Assembly: GCF_001194135.2 (NCBI RefSeq)
Contig: NC_068998.1
Coordinates: forward strand, 35,212,031 to 35,275,602
Origin: Octopus bimaculoides
Lineage: Eukaryota
DNA: 63,572 nt
Direction of reading: 5' to 3'
Shown: positions 24,716 through 38,460 of the stretch, in pieces
Position numbering within the stretch: the first letter of the stretch is position 1
How the letters are laid out: every line of letters starts with the position of its first letter
Notes under the pieces: model-generated
Database searches by the model: none
Told to the model about the DNA's origin: nothing
What the model saw: only the letters and a program-made list of their open reading frames with translations
Program-made: the position numbers and the translations under genes

Positions 24716-25170
24716 CTCTTTTACTCTTTTACTTGTTTCAGTCATTTGACTGCGGCCATGCTGGAGTACCGCCTTTAGTCAAGCAAATCGACCCCAGGAC
24801 TTATTCTTTGTAAGCCTAGTACTTATTCTATCAGGCTCCTTTGCCGAACCGCTTACTTACAGGGACGTAAATACACCAGCATTGGTTGTCAAACGATGTT
24901 GGAGGGACAAACACATACACACACATACATATATATGACGGGCTTCTTTCAGTTTCCGTCTATCAAATCCACTCACAAGGCTTTGGTAGGCCCGAGGCTA
25001 TAGTAGAAGACACTNNNNNNNNNNTTCCGTCTATCAAATCCACTCACAAGGCTTTGGTAGGCCCGAGGCTATAGTAGAAGACACTTGCTCAAGGTGCCAC
25101 GCAGTGGGAATGAACCCGGAACCATGTGGTTGGTAAGCAAGCTACTTACCACACAGCCACTCCTGCACCT
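24716..25170 (-). mobile_element. Family-1 tRNA-SINE, full length and young
   Basis: Antisense tail (ttttactc)n, body, internal CA/TA tract, head ending cagccactcctgcacc. Confidence 0.93.
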
Positions 25171-25248
25171 ACTAAAAATAAATAAATAAACAAAAAGAAA
25201 GAAAGAATTTCTTTATTCCTTTGCAACACAAAATCTCAAAACAGGAGA

Positions 25249-25490
25249 TGTTGCGCTAGTGTATGATGCCCCCTGGTGAAAATGAACTGGATCACTACAT
25301 GTATACAGTAGCAATCTGAGTAAGTGAAATAGTTTGTTAGTTCCACCATTCATGTGTTTATAGTTCAAAGCTGGAGTGCAAAGTTTACAGTTCGAGTTAG
25401 CATGTTGGATTATTGGTTCTTCAAAAATTGTTGATACGTTCCTTGTGGTTACTGCTGTTTGTTTCAATTATATTGTTATTACACTGTTGC
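25249..25490 (+). mobile_element. Putative Gypsy 3' LTR start
   Basis: Purine tract aaaacaggaga directly followed by TGTTG, just downstream of pol. The end is uncertain and no matching 5' LTR was seen. Confidence 0.4.
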
Positions 25491-26329
25491 AGTATATTTG
25501 TTTATCCATAAGGATATAACATGGATGAGAGGATTTACCTAACAAGAAACTGGTTGGAGCTTATTGCTTATTTCCAGTCTAACGAGTCTGTCACCTCAGA
25601 CAAAGTCAGCTGTTATTGTGGCAAGTGAATAAATTCTTGAAGTCTCGCAAGTATAGCATGAGGTGTCATGCCAGATATATGGAGGATAATGCAATGATCA
25701 AATGAACCATTGAAAACTGTTGTGACAACCAGTTTATCTTAGAACCTGTAAGATTGTCTCAATTGGATGGGAAAGGACTGACTATTTAACTTGTATTTCT
25801 TTAAGATGAGTTATTCATTATGGAATGTTATTGTGGTGAAGACATAGCTGAAAACAATTCCTTACCTCGTAAATCATGTAGCACTGCAACAAAAACAGAA
25901 AAGTGCAAAAACATGATATGGGACCAAACAGTAATGCATCATAAGCTTCAACCCACAACATTAAAAAATTATAAATGTATGTCACATAACCCCACATGCA
26001 ACAGTTAATGAAATCAGCAAACTATCAAATGAGACCCCAAACAACACACACAAGTCTGTGCTTCTCTGTCAATGACTCTCAATTGAAAGGGAATATACCT
26101 TGTATAATGAGGTGTATGCAACTTATATAATATTTACTGGGGGGAAAACATTGTTTTCAAATATTTTATTTCTTTTCTCTTGATATAAATTATGTTGTCT
26201 GTAAACAAGTGTCAGGAATAAATTAATAGTGTTTCTAAGATATATGACTTAATTGTTCAATCTATTGAACTCAGGAGAATGTAGAACTACTAAAGTAAAA
26301 AAAAATAATTGATTAATTCTTAAATAGAC

Positions 26330-26830
26330 TTGGAACGTTTTATTTTAAATGGGAAGAAATGAGATCTGATGATAATGTCTTTGTAAAAGACTCTGTAGTT
26401 TGTTTTAAATAGTTTGATCTGGAGGAAGGAACAATGCCCATAACCTTTTTAAGCTCTTCAAGACAGTTAAAGTTAATGAGGTTGATGTTCATCTTGAATT
26501 ACTCCTTGCGAGCTGACATCTGTAGGTGAAACAGTAGTAAGGAGAGAACTTCAGAGAATTGATGTTCTGAGAAGAAAACCTTGAGTGTCATAGTTTATAC
26601 AAGGCTTGGAGAAAAAGAAACACAATATGGTTGATGAAGATGAAAAGTGAAGAGACAAGTGAGTTGGGTGGAGACTTAGCTGGAGGTGATATGGGACCAA
26701 CCAGTGTCACTGTAGTAACAATATTAAAAGCAGAGCAAGGTAACCCCACACCCGTGCTTGGAGTATATTGGTAGTAGTTGTGGCAATAACAGACACAAGC
26801 CTTTTCAATGTCAACGGCTTTTGGAAGTTA
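26330..26830 (-). mobile_element. Highly decayed LINE RT fragment (CR1/Jockey-like)
   Basis: Weak antisense motifs VDIEKA and SLFIFINHI. Confidence 0.3.
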
Positions 26831-28789
26831 AAGGAAATTTTACTATCACACTAAAGCACTGGAATTATATATTCAGTGTATGATAGTTGTTTAATTCTAC
26901 TCCTACTGGTTGTTGGCTTTTTAGCCCTAGGTCAACCTTGATTAAGCAAGCATATAAATAGTCAAACCGACTGAAAAATGTAACTAACTGATCCTTATAT
27001 CTACATATTTCATGTCTTGCTGATGGCCATATTGCACATTCTGATGGCAGTGTTTGGTTATATTTGATGCAGTGTAGCAATCTGTACTTCAGCCTAGACC
27101 ACCCCATTTTTTCATATATCCATGACTACATCATTCAATGTATGTTTGTGCTTTTAAAGTAGCAGGGTTAGAGAGCAATTTGGTTGCTATTTCTAGCATT
27201 GTGAACAACCTTATAAAGGCTTCTTCATTGGCATGTCTGTATATCTGTAGATTCCAGTGGTAGTCAGAATGAAATTGGTCAAAGTGAACTCAGTCCATAT
27301 GTGATTGCTGCTCAGAGGCCTTTATGAAGTCACTCAGTTTGCTAGAAATAATAACCCAGATCTCCTTCAAATTTCACACTATTGTCTTAGCAGTTGTTGG
27401 CCACCTCTATTTTATATGTATATCATACATCATTTATTTTCAGTTTTCCTTATGATATCAACAGACTTGTTTTGCTATCTTATAGTATGTCTGTGTGTTT
27501 AAATTTTGTCCTGGTCATATATGTTGTGAGTACTTCTAGTACACTGTTCAGATATTTCTATCCATTTTACACTGTGTACTCTAACTGGTATATAAAGATG
27601 AGAAATTTAAAAAATCTGTTCAAATTTTTAACCTGAGAATTTGAATTCCATATTTTCTGTACTACAGTATTATAGTTTGACTGTCACCGTAGAGCCTGTC
27701 CAAATGTACCTCACCACTGCATCCATCATCTAAGCAGCTGTACAATACCTTTACTATCTTAACCTCATTTCCATAATGGCTTATTTAAAGTAGTGTGGAA
27801 TGTTACTATAGTGACAATGTTACTTAAAGGGAAATGAATAATGTATCCTAAATATTTTAACAGCTGCAAATAGTCATATGTTTCTTGTTATGTAATCAAC
27901 ATTTAACAAGGATGGAGGAGAAATACCCAGAATAATTGTGGGATGGTGTTGTCCTTCAGGATATGTTGGCCAAAATGATTCAATAAAGAAGAACAAATAA
28001 AATAACTGATAGCAGGAAAGGATTATGGCTGCCTTACAGTGTTCGCAAACAATATTAAACCTCATTCCAATATAATGACCATGTAGTTTTTACACTCTAT
28101 GCTATGCAATAATAATTGCTACAGCTTCAGAATAAACATTAAAACAAACTGTTTATATGTTTGTTAATGGTTTAAATTATTTCATATATTGTCTGTTCAT
28201 ATTGTAATATTACAATATGAACAGAACAAACAGAGACTGATGAAAAATATTCAGCAAGACATTATAATTTAGGCATTCTTGAAATGAAGTTGACACAGAT
28301 GTTCTTTATCTCATATCCATGAATAGAAAACATTTTGAAGTGCTAGCATAAAATTACGGGAAAAAACTTCCGTCATTCCTGTCCTTTATGATTTTTGTGA
28401 TTGTCAGAAACACCACCTCCATTTTAATATTTTTGATTTTATAGAACAAATAAACTTTTTCTTCATATCAAATTTCTAATGTATGTAGTTAATTGTTTTA
28501 AGATTTCTCTAAAATGTATCCTGTTTTAGTTTTTTTTTTTTGTTTGTGATTCAGAAGATATTTTCAACAAAATATGATACAATTCAAAATATGTTCATGA
28601 TGTGATTGTTATTTACAGTTAAACATGTCATGCTTAGGCAGTGGCTTACATTTGGAAATTGAGAAAATTAGCTTTTGAAGGATGTTGTTGATATATAATG
28701 ATTAGAAAATGGATCTGACATAAACAGATATCATATATACACACAGATGTCTACATTTATGTCTGTATGTGTAAGTGTATATATGTGTG

Positions 28790-28800
28790 TGTTTGTATGC

Positions 28801-28887
<87 letters not shown>

Positions 28888-28920
28888 TACATACATACAC
28901 ACACATGCGCACACACGCAC
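28790..28920. repeat. (GT)n(AT)n(AC) compound microsatellite
   Basis: Directly visible. Similar tracts at 5750-5850, 15630-15670, 31380-31950, 54912-55070 and 59059-59130. Confidence 0.95.
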
Positions 28921-30189
28921 ACTCACTTTATAAGCTAATTATGCTCTACAGCTGTTTCAATAGACTAAAAGCATCATCATTTAAATTGCTACATAATCAA
29001 CACACATAATTTATCGATTATGTATGTAATTTCTTGCTGTTTTTTTCGGAATATGGATTTACTAGGAGGAGGGGATTCCCAGTCCCCTCGCTCCTGTCCC
29101 TTCTAGTCGCCTTTTATGCCATGCAAGGAATACAGCGACTGCATTCTACTGATCCCCCCACTACCAGTCACATCAGGGTTTGACAGTTAACCCATAGCTG
29201 GGACCCTTATAGGTGCTACCACTCCAGGCCAGAGTAGACCTGGGAACAATGGTGGCTAAGATGTGGTTCCACACTCCTCAGACCCTGAAACCAGGGCCCC
29301 AGGGTCCCACTAACAGATGTAATTTATAGTCATACCTGAGACAGTGGTGGTTAGAGGTGTTGGGGTGAGAGAGGCAAGAGAGTTTATAAATGATAGGAAA
29401 GCTTGGAGGGTGTTTGTGGATGGATGAGTGAATTTGATGTTGTTCAAGGGTTACGGAACCAGCGTGATGCGGCAGGAGTAAATCAGCATATGCTGTCAGG
29501 CCCCACTGCTGATATTGGGGGTTGTGTTCTATGCCTTGACCTGAATATAGAATGGAGCTTGCCTCTTTGAGCTGGGAAATGAATGGAATGCTTGGTGTGT
29601 GTCTTGTTGTGGCTATCCCATCCCCAAAAATGGGGAAGAGGCCTGGGTATAAAAAAAACATATATGATCTATTTATGTTACCCACTTCCTCATGAGGAGA
29701 CAAATCAAAAGTGAGAAAAATTAACATATTTGCCAATTTTGTGTATACATGCAAATTTATTCTTCGCTGTAATAATGTATTGGAGTTTAACGATGTGTTA
29801 TGAGTTGAGCCCTTGAATACTGTGAATGTGATTTATAGCATTTTTACATCAATTCACTATATAGATGAACAGCAGGCGGAGAGTTATACATACAGGTGTA
29901 TAGATATAAATGTTTTCTTGGGAACCTTCTAAACATTTGAAAGAATATATTTCACATGTTCTTTCACAGTTAACTACTCTTGTGCTTACAGCAGGTATCT
30001 GTATTTTTCTCCTGCATGCCAAGTATGGCCACTTTTACAATGGTAGTAGGTTCTCATCTCCTTTCCTGCTCACTAAAACTTTAGTCTTTACTAGATTTAT
30101 ATCTAACCTCTTCTGTCTTTCACTTCAATGTTTAGAATTTTCTTTCTAAATATTTTACCTGTTCTGCTATGAGACCTAGATCATTGACT

Positions 30190-30975
30190 TACCTGGACAA
30201 CCAATCTTAAAAAATTCTGCTGAGAAAATACAATAAAGAGAAGTCAGTTAATAATTGAAATCTGTTGGATACCAACTTCCAGGCTAAATTTGTTACTGAA
30301 CTCATTGTTAACTCTTAACTTGCTGATAGCACATCTGTATATGGCTTGTCACATGTCAACTATTTACCTCTAGTTTTCTTAGTGAGTGGAATTTTGTCAA
30401 AGGCTTTCTTCGGGTGGATTAGATACAGTGGTTTACTCACATCCAAGTTGTTTCGCTAGGAAGAATTCTTTGGTGGTATAGATATAAACCCTAACTGCAT
30501 GGCAAATAGCTTTGATAACTTTTGTTACTTGAGTGACCTAGTTAGCATTAGAGATGGTTGTTCTCAAAACATGATATACTGAGTATTCCAGATAGATATA
30601 GAGTTTTGTATTCTTTTATGCTGAGTAAATCTTGTGTCCTTGCTAGATTTAGGTTGAGGTTTCTTGGTTCTAGACTTTCTGGCCACATTTGAGATATCTT
30701 CTCTAAATCATTGTTAGACTCAGCTTTGAAAACTAGTTCTTCGGTGTTCAGAAGTTCCTACAGTCAGCCAGTCTTAGAAACCTGTTTTAGCATGGAGAAG
30801 CTATAATAAATAAGAAGAGGCTGAAAATTGAAGCCTGATGGATATCCATATGCATCTAAATCCCATGCTGATCCCATTGTTGACCCTCACTTTGCTGATA
30901 GCATCCCTGGACATGACTCAGACATCTTTAACCTACCTCTAGTTTTCTAAACCAGGCAAAGCATGTTCAAACATT
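30190..30975 (-). mobile_element. Two tandem, diverged RTE RT fragments
   Basis: Piece 30975-30590: RDAISKVRVNN, IHQAS, ELLNTEEL (decayed YADD), NLARTQ. Piece 30560-30190: MQLGF, KKAFDKIP, LEVGIQQ, GCP. Confidence 0.65.
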
Positions 30976-31116
30976 TACACACTTACACACACCACTCTTT
31001 CTCATATCAGTTCATAGGACAGCACTCCTAAGGGCTAAAAACGGTTTTCATTTTCTCCACTCCATTTTTTAAACTTCTGTTTTCTTTCTTCTTCCTCTCT
31101 CTCTCTCTCTCTCTCT

Positions 31117-31156
<40 letters not shown>

Positions 31157-31372
31157 CGGAAGGACATCAAAGACATTTTTTTCCCTATCATTCAAACATT
31201 AAGCTAACACCTTATATATATCATACTGTGTTTTCTCTATGTTTTGTTTACTGTTTTTTTGCTTTATACATAGATACACACACATTTTTTCATACTTTTA
31301 GTAATATTAGTAGCAGCCGCTATCTCACCACTCTTCTCTTTCTCCCCCTTCTCTCTCCCTCATGCATATATG

Positions 31373-31438
<66 letters not shown>

Positions 31439-32640
31439 NNNNNNNNNNNNNNNNNNNNNNNNNNNNNNNNNNNNNNNNNNNNNNNNNNNNNNNNNNNNNN
31501 NNNNNNNNNNNNNNNNNNNNNNNNNNNNNNNNNNNNNNNNNNNNNNNNNNNNNNNNNNNNNNNNNNNNNNNNNNNNNNNNNNNNNNNNNNNNNNNNNNNN
31601 NNNNNNNNNNNNNNNNNNNNNNNNNNNNNNNNNNNNNNNNNNNNNNNNNNNNNNNNNNNNNNNNNNNNNNNNNNNNNNNNNNNNNNNNNNNNNNNNNNNN
31701 NNNNNNNNNNNNNNNNNNNNNNNNNNNNNNNNNNNNNNNNNNNNNNNNNNNNNNNNNNNNNNNNNNNNNNNNNNNNNNNNNNNNNNNNNNNNNNNNNNNN
31801 NNNNNNNNNNNNNNNNNNNNNNNNNNNNNNNNNATATGTATATATATATATATACATACATACATGTTATATATATATATACATATACACAGATATATAT
31901 ATACATATATATATATATACACATATATATATGTATGCATGTATGTATTGAAAGGGCTTGTAACATTACTAGTTACCATAATCAGATGAGGACTCAAGAT
32001 GCATAAACAAGTCTAAGACAAAATAGTTATTAATGCTATTGTTTCATGATAAATTGCAGTATGTTTTGATCTTGGAATCACCTCTAACAAATGGATCGAG
32101 TAAGAGAATATATATTCATGGAATGCATCTATGGAAAATTTTGAAGAGAAAAATCTGATACAAAAAACAAGGATGTAAGAGTTGAAGATTTCATTAACAG
32201 AGAGCTTCTGTTTCTAGGTTTCAGTCCAGATGCAATTTGCTTGCAAATACCTATGTGCGTGTTTATAGGAATAAAGTAGTGATAGCAGCAAAGAGAGAAA
32301 GAGAGAGAGGGGGGAGTGGTGATTGAGAGGTAGAAAAGGACAGAAGACAACTGAAAAAAATGTATTAAAGGCAGAGAGAGAGCGGAGAGGCGGGGGAGAT
32401 TTGAGGAAGAGGAGAAGAAAGTTTCTTCGGTAAAGATTTTCATTCCATAGATTTTCGTTCAGGCAGATTTTATTTGAAAGAAATGCATGATAAGATGAAA
32501 GGGTATTGAAAAGTAAGGAGAAACACAGAGAGAGAGAGCCTAAGTTCTGTATATATATATATTTTCATTTTCATTTTCATTTTATCCAGTTTCAGCTCAT
32601 GAGCTGTGGCCATGNNNNNNNNNNNNNNNNNNNNNNNNNN

Positions 32641-32671
<31 letters not shown>

Positions 32672-33236
32672 TTATTTATTTATTCATTTATTTATTTATT
32701 TATGAGAATAAGATGTATAATGAAAGAATGAAGCAAAGAAATCAATGAGTGACAAAAATGAGTGAGATTAAGAACATTGTATGGAAAAGTTAATATGTAT
32801 GAAGCTCAAGGTGTGAATAAGTCAGATTAGGAAAGAGTCATTGACTTAATGAATATAATCTCGTGTAAATGGTAAAGAAATCTAGTGTAAATGTATGCAA
32901 CAAAAATACAGTACCTTAAATGCTTCATATTTGTGTGTGTGTATACACACACATTTATATAGATATATTCATACATACACACATATACATACATATATAC
33001 ACATATATACAAACATATATATATATATATATACATATATATATGTACATACACACACATATATATATATACATGCACACATATATTTGCATAGATATAT
33101 ATATATATATGTATGTATGTATCTATCTCTCTCTCTATATATATATATATTCCAAATTTGTGTGAATGTGTACAGAATAATATATCAGTTGAATAAAGTT
33201 AAAACATGGTCTGGTTTTCACTTTTTCTTTTATTTT

Positions 33237-34767
33237 GTGGCATTTTAATATTAAAAAATATTTTGTAATATTCATTAAGTTAAATTAGCGCTTTCATACA
33301 TTTGGTAGTAATCATTAGATTTCAAAATGTATGTAACTGACAGTTGAGTTCTTGATAACTGTAGTACCTCTTAGAATGCTCCAACAGGCTGAATTTATGG
33401 AATACGGTTTTGACCAATCCACATGCAGCTTAAACGTCATGCTTTACCAGGCGTACCGATATTCTGTAATCTGTTTATAATCATATGTTAAAGGTATCTT
33501 TTAATCCACCTCATTAACTGATTGTTATATTATTGTTGTTATTTCCATTCAGAACAGGTTTGAACATTATAATAAACCGTTTTTCCTTTATCTTTCTTCC
33601 ATTCTCACTTGTGTCATGGAGTTTGTGGAAAGGGAAAATTCAAAACATTTTCTAACCACTTGTTTCTATATGTTTGCTCAATGGAACTTGGTGAACATTG
33701 GTGTTCCGAATTTGTTGTCTGTGGACTCATGAGTGTTCCAATAATGCATTCCCTGTTTTGCTTTTATATAGTTACTTGCAATTCAGGCATTTAATGCAGT
33801 AGATCAAATTTGAGCTTTTGCAGTTCATATCTGCATTTGTGAAAATCTGTCCATTTTTTATTCTAATGGATCTACTTGTATGTATGCATTGACACCTTTT
33901 CACATCTGTTATCATTACACTTGGATATTGTGAATGTCTTATCCTGTTTGTTCATATTGAATTTTGCCTTTGTTAATAGTTTCTTTAGGTTATGTGGTTG
34001 TCTTTTGCTTAAAATGTTTGATTAGTTATTATGTTTTTAAATTTTTTACTTTGTTTTATGATTGGTAAATTTGTTTTGATGATGCTAAAAATGTTTTGGT
34101 GATGTGTATTGTGTGTTACTAGAAATGGTATTGTGTTCTGTTGATGGATTCGTCTTTTTGTGGTGCCTTAAGTTGTTCTATAGGTATCTCATTTGCTCAT
34201 TGTATGCTATTTTCTATAAGTAAGAGAGGGTAATTTTGCTTGAGCCAGAAATCTTTTGAGTTCTATAAGTCATGTGTTTCTGGTATTTGGATCATTTACA
34301 ATGGTACAAATTTTCTTGGTTAGACAGTATGGGATGTTGCGTTTTGTGTATGTTGGATGACATGATTTGAAATTTAGATACTAGTGTGTATCTGTGCTTT
34401 TGTAATAAATATCAGTTGTGATTGTAGTGTTGTTTTTAATTACCATTATGTCAAGAGATGGTAATTATGTGTTGCTCATTTCGCTTGTGAATTTGAGACT
34501 AGGGTGTAGTTTGTTGAGGAGGGTGCTGAATTCTTCCAGATTTTCTAGGGGTTTGGTCCAAATTAGGAAACAATCATCAAGGTATCTTTTCCATGTGTCC
34601 TCTATATGTCTTTTAAAGGTCATGCTGTAGTTTTCTTCAATTTTGTTATTTAGGTTTTGTTGAAAAGGAATGTATTGTTTTTGAAGATGATTTACTACCA
34701 AATGCGTGAAAGCACTAATTGAGCTTTATGAACATTACAAAATATTTTTTTAATGTTAAAATACCAT
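33237..34767 (-). mobile_element. Penelope-like element, 5'-truncated, with inverted pseudo-LTR
   Basis: RT WKRYLDDCFLIW...LHPSLKFT, LPSLDI, YLNFKSCHP; GIY-YIG SNLIYCIKCLNC...KTGN...HRQQI. About 80-bp inverted repeats at 33237-33318 and 34687-34767. Confidence 0.9.
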
Positions 34768-35872
34768 AATAAAAAAAAACGTGAAAANNNNNNNNNNNNN
34801 NNNNNNNNNNNNNNNNNNNNNNNNNNNNNNNNNNNNNNNNNNNNNNNNNNNNNNNNNNNNNNNNNNNNNNNNNNNNNNNNNNNNNNNNNNNNNNNNNNNN
34901 NNNNNNNNNNNNNNNNNNNNNNNNNNNNNNNNNNNNNNNNNNNNNNNNNNNNNNNNNNNNNGTATAGTTTACAGTTCTATTATAGGTGGGAGCAGCTAAA
35001 TAAGTACTCTATCCAATGAGAGATAAATATCATTTGATGTATACAATTTACAAAAGAGCTACTTACAGTTTCATGCTTTAGAGATACAATAGATTGACAG
35101 ATTTATATAACATGCCATGTATCTGACAGCAATCATTCAGGTTCAGTGCATATCACTAGATGTACTTAAAAGCCAGGATGCTGGTCTTTGATAAAACATG
35201 AGAGAAAATGAGAAGTGAAAGAATGGGATGAAGGCTGATGCAAAAAGTAGAACAAGTGAGAAACTGAGTTTCTTTTGTCAAGCTGGATGATGTCAGCTGC
35301 TTTGGATTGAGCCGCTATCTCACAGGCTTTGGCCTCCTCTTTGTTATATTATTTTACACTAGCTAGATTAGTTATGATTTCTACAAACAAAAAAGGATGA
35401 AGATCTTGGTTTTCTTACCTTCCTTTTCTTTCTTCTCATTTTTTCTCATGTTTTCTCATAGACCAGCATAGTTGTTTTTAAATGCATCCAACGATATGCA
35501 CTGAACCTGAAAGATTGCTCTCCAAGTTATGTACTGTATATCTGCCAATTTATTGCATCTCTAAAGCATGAAACTATTAGTTGCTCTTTTGTAAATTGTC
35601 TATATATAAATACACACATACACACACATATGCACTCACACACGCATACATAGTTTTACCAGTGTGTGAGTGTGTGAATGTTATGTGTGTTTGTAAGTAT
35701 GTTTTTCTTTTTTATTTATTTCTTTTTTTCTTTCACTGATAAAATGAAAAACTGATACTTTTCAAAAGTTGCCTTTTGTATATTTGTTCTGTCTCCAATT
35801 CTCCAACACATTTTTGTCACTCCCACCATCAGATATACTAGAAAACTGAAACCAACAACACTTTATCATTAA

Positions 35873-36130
35873 TCTAGTATATATGAATCACAGTATGTGT
35901 GTATAATGACTAACGCATACATTTCCACAGTTCTCAACCAATTTTCACCAAACTTTACACATGCATTACTTATGTCCCAAGGATGCTCATGCACTAAACA
36001 TTTTACCCAGAGCTCCCACATAAATGGATCTAAATGGACATAGCTTTTTTGCATGTAAGGTCTTCCACACTTTTTTAATCTTTTTATAAAAGTGAAAGGA
36101 TTTTGCCTATTTATTTCGACTGTCTACCTG
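35873..36130 (+). mobile_element. Possible non-autonomous Helitron-type 5' block
   Basis: a|TCTAGTATATATG...GTGTGT...CAACCAATTTTCACCAAACTTT resembles the 5' ends of Helitron-derived short elements; the 3' end is unclear. Confidence 0.3.
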
Positions 36131-37208
36131 CCATGGTGATTAAATTAACTAGGAACATTGTACGCGATGAATATCCAATACCAAACAATCCTAATCTCCA
36201 TATTTAAGCTGCACTAAAGTTTGGCCAGCTTACCTTTACCTATTCTGAGTTCCTTGAAAGGTGATGTTCCCTTCCTTCTCTTCTATTTGTTGATACCTTT
36301 GTTTACCTACCAATGCATTGTCTCACTTTAAGAATGCTTATTAACCCATCCTTATGATATTTTGACTGGTGTCCATTGTTTCAAATACATTTTAGCATTG
36401 TCATTCTAGCCTTTTTTAAACAATCACATATCATTCGTCCCAAAGAATTAACCTTTAAATAAGAGTTTTGCTTCGACTAGTGAAAGCTATATGTATCTTT
36501 CAGAAAGCTCCATATCAATTTAACTTTATGCAACATTCACTGATAGTTTATGCACAGACTATGTGGGAAGACAGAATAAAGGGGCTTTTGTTAGCTTATC
36601 TCACTGAAAAAATAACTCCTTTTGTTATTGAAAAAAATAAACTCACAGGGAGGAAGCTTCGACATCTTCCATCAATTTCCTTACACCATTACGTGGCTAT
36701 TTCTGACAAGAAATTTCACTTTCAAGTAAGACAACTATATTTTGTAGTCATTATCTGTAATCTGCTCCCAAAACACTTCAGCAGTTTTGCTTTAGATTAC
36801 TTGCAAACTTATATGTTCTTTGATCATTAAAGTGCAACAATAACCAGCCTTCAATTTGATTTTCCATTCCTAGGTTAATCGGAAACATAGATTGCTGTAC
36901 TACTCATAAATCTTCTCAATAGTTCAATTATTTGGTGAAAAAAATACCACTAAAGCAACTTAAACTGTCCAAAGGACAGTTGCATTTACTTGGAACAATA
37001 TAAAATATATAAGTAAATTAATATATCTATATTGTCTCAATTCACCTAAATATTAGATGGTACCAAAGTTCCTGAGAATTTTAACTATGATGGACTAATG
37101 TTTACCATGACAAAATCTAATGCTATTAAAGTGGATCTAAATCTAAGAACAGGTTCTTAAGATATATTCTGGGAATTCTGAAGATATTTGTATTACATTA
37201 GTTTATAG

Positions 37209-37416
37209 TACTCTTTTACTTGTTTCTGTCATTTGACTGTGGCCATGCTGGAGCACCGCCTTTAATCAAGCAAATCGACCCCAGGACTTATTCTTTGTAA
37301 GCCTAGTACTTATTCTGTCAGTCTGTTTTGCCGAACCGGTAAGTAACAGAGACGTAAACACACAAGCATTGGTTGTCAAGCAATGCTGGGGGACAAACAC
37401 AGACACACAAACATAT

Positions 37417-37488
<72 letters not shown>

Positions 37489-37652
37489 TACGACGGGCCT
37501 CTTTCAGTTTCCGTCTACCAAATCCACTGACAAGGCTTTGGTCGGCCTGAGGCTATAGTAGAAGACACTTGCCCAAGGTGCCATGCAGTGGGACTGAGCC
37601 CAGCATCATGCGGTTCGTAAGCAAGCTACTTACCATACAGCAACTCCTACGC
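37209..37652 (-). mobile_element. Family-1 tRNA-SINE, full length
   Basis: Antisense tail cttttacttgtttctgtcatttgactgtggccatgctggagcaccgcc, internal (TA)n, and head. Confidence 0.93.
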
Positions 37653-38460
37653 ATATTGTTTATGAAACTTTTATCCACGCAAAATCTGAATATCTTTTTA
37701 TTGTTGAGATTGGGCTTTATCATAAATACTAAAATAAAATAAAAGTGAAGGTAAAAAAATGGCATCAGAATCTAAGAACATTATGGTTGTTGGTTGCATC
37801 AGCAAAAATTAGTTCAATAATGTTTGAGAAATGAAATAAGTTTTTTCACCTTAAGAAAATAATCCCAATATTTCTGATAGTCCTACCCTAGTTTACTCAA
37901 AAGGGACTGTACTTGAAATATGTCAGGATATTTTTGATCTCCTGAGATAATCTAATTCCATTTTGTGAACTTTGTGTAAATTATCTTCAGTAAAACTTCA
38001 CGCAAGACATATTTCAAGATAAGGAGCAGAAAAATGGGTGAGAATGAAGAGTGTATTTGGGAAATAATTTTGCAATGGATGAAGACTTAATGATACATGT
38101 ATGGAGGAGAAAGAGAGGGAGATTGGCAGAGGTATGCATTTGTTGCAAAGAAGTTTAGTATAGAATGATCTGTTTTGCACATACATGCGCATGTAGAGAG
38201 AGAGAGAGAGTGCATTCAGATAATGAGCAGTGAGGACTGAGACAGTTTGTGGACTCTGGTTTGAATTTGTAGTACTGCAGTGAGTTCTATAGTACCTCAG
38301 AAAGATTTGAACTCTGTATTGCAAGTTAAGAAAACAGTTATCTGTTTTGAAGTGTTTTCTTTAGTTACTGAGGTAAGTTGGTCCTATCCTTTGTACCATT
38401 TTGAACTGTTTTTTCCCCTCGTGATAATAACAATAAGAATAAAAATAATAATAATAATAA

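Noticed and set aside
24954-25085. About 60-bp direct duplication within the SINE on either side of a 10-N gap
   Set aside because: Identical sequence on both sides of a minimal gap is typical of an unmerged contig overlap; treated as an assembly artefact.
29278-29754. 158-aa minus-strand ORF
   Set aside because: No recognisable domain; it spans a GC-rich repeat composite where stop codons are rarer.
28702-33248. Many 60-250 aa ORFs rich in YI/CV/HT or X
   Set aside because: They are translations of dinucleotide microsatellites and N gaps.
36468-36830. 120-aa plus-strand ORF
   Set aside because: No motif, splice context or family similarity recognised.
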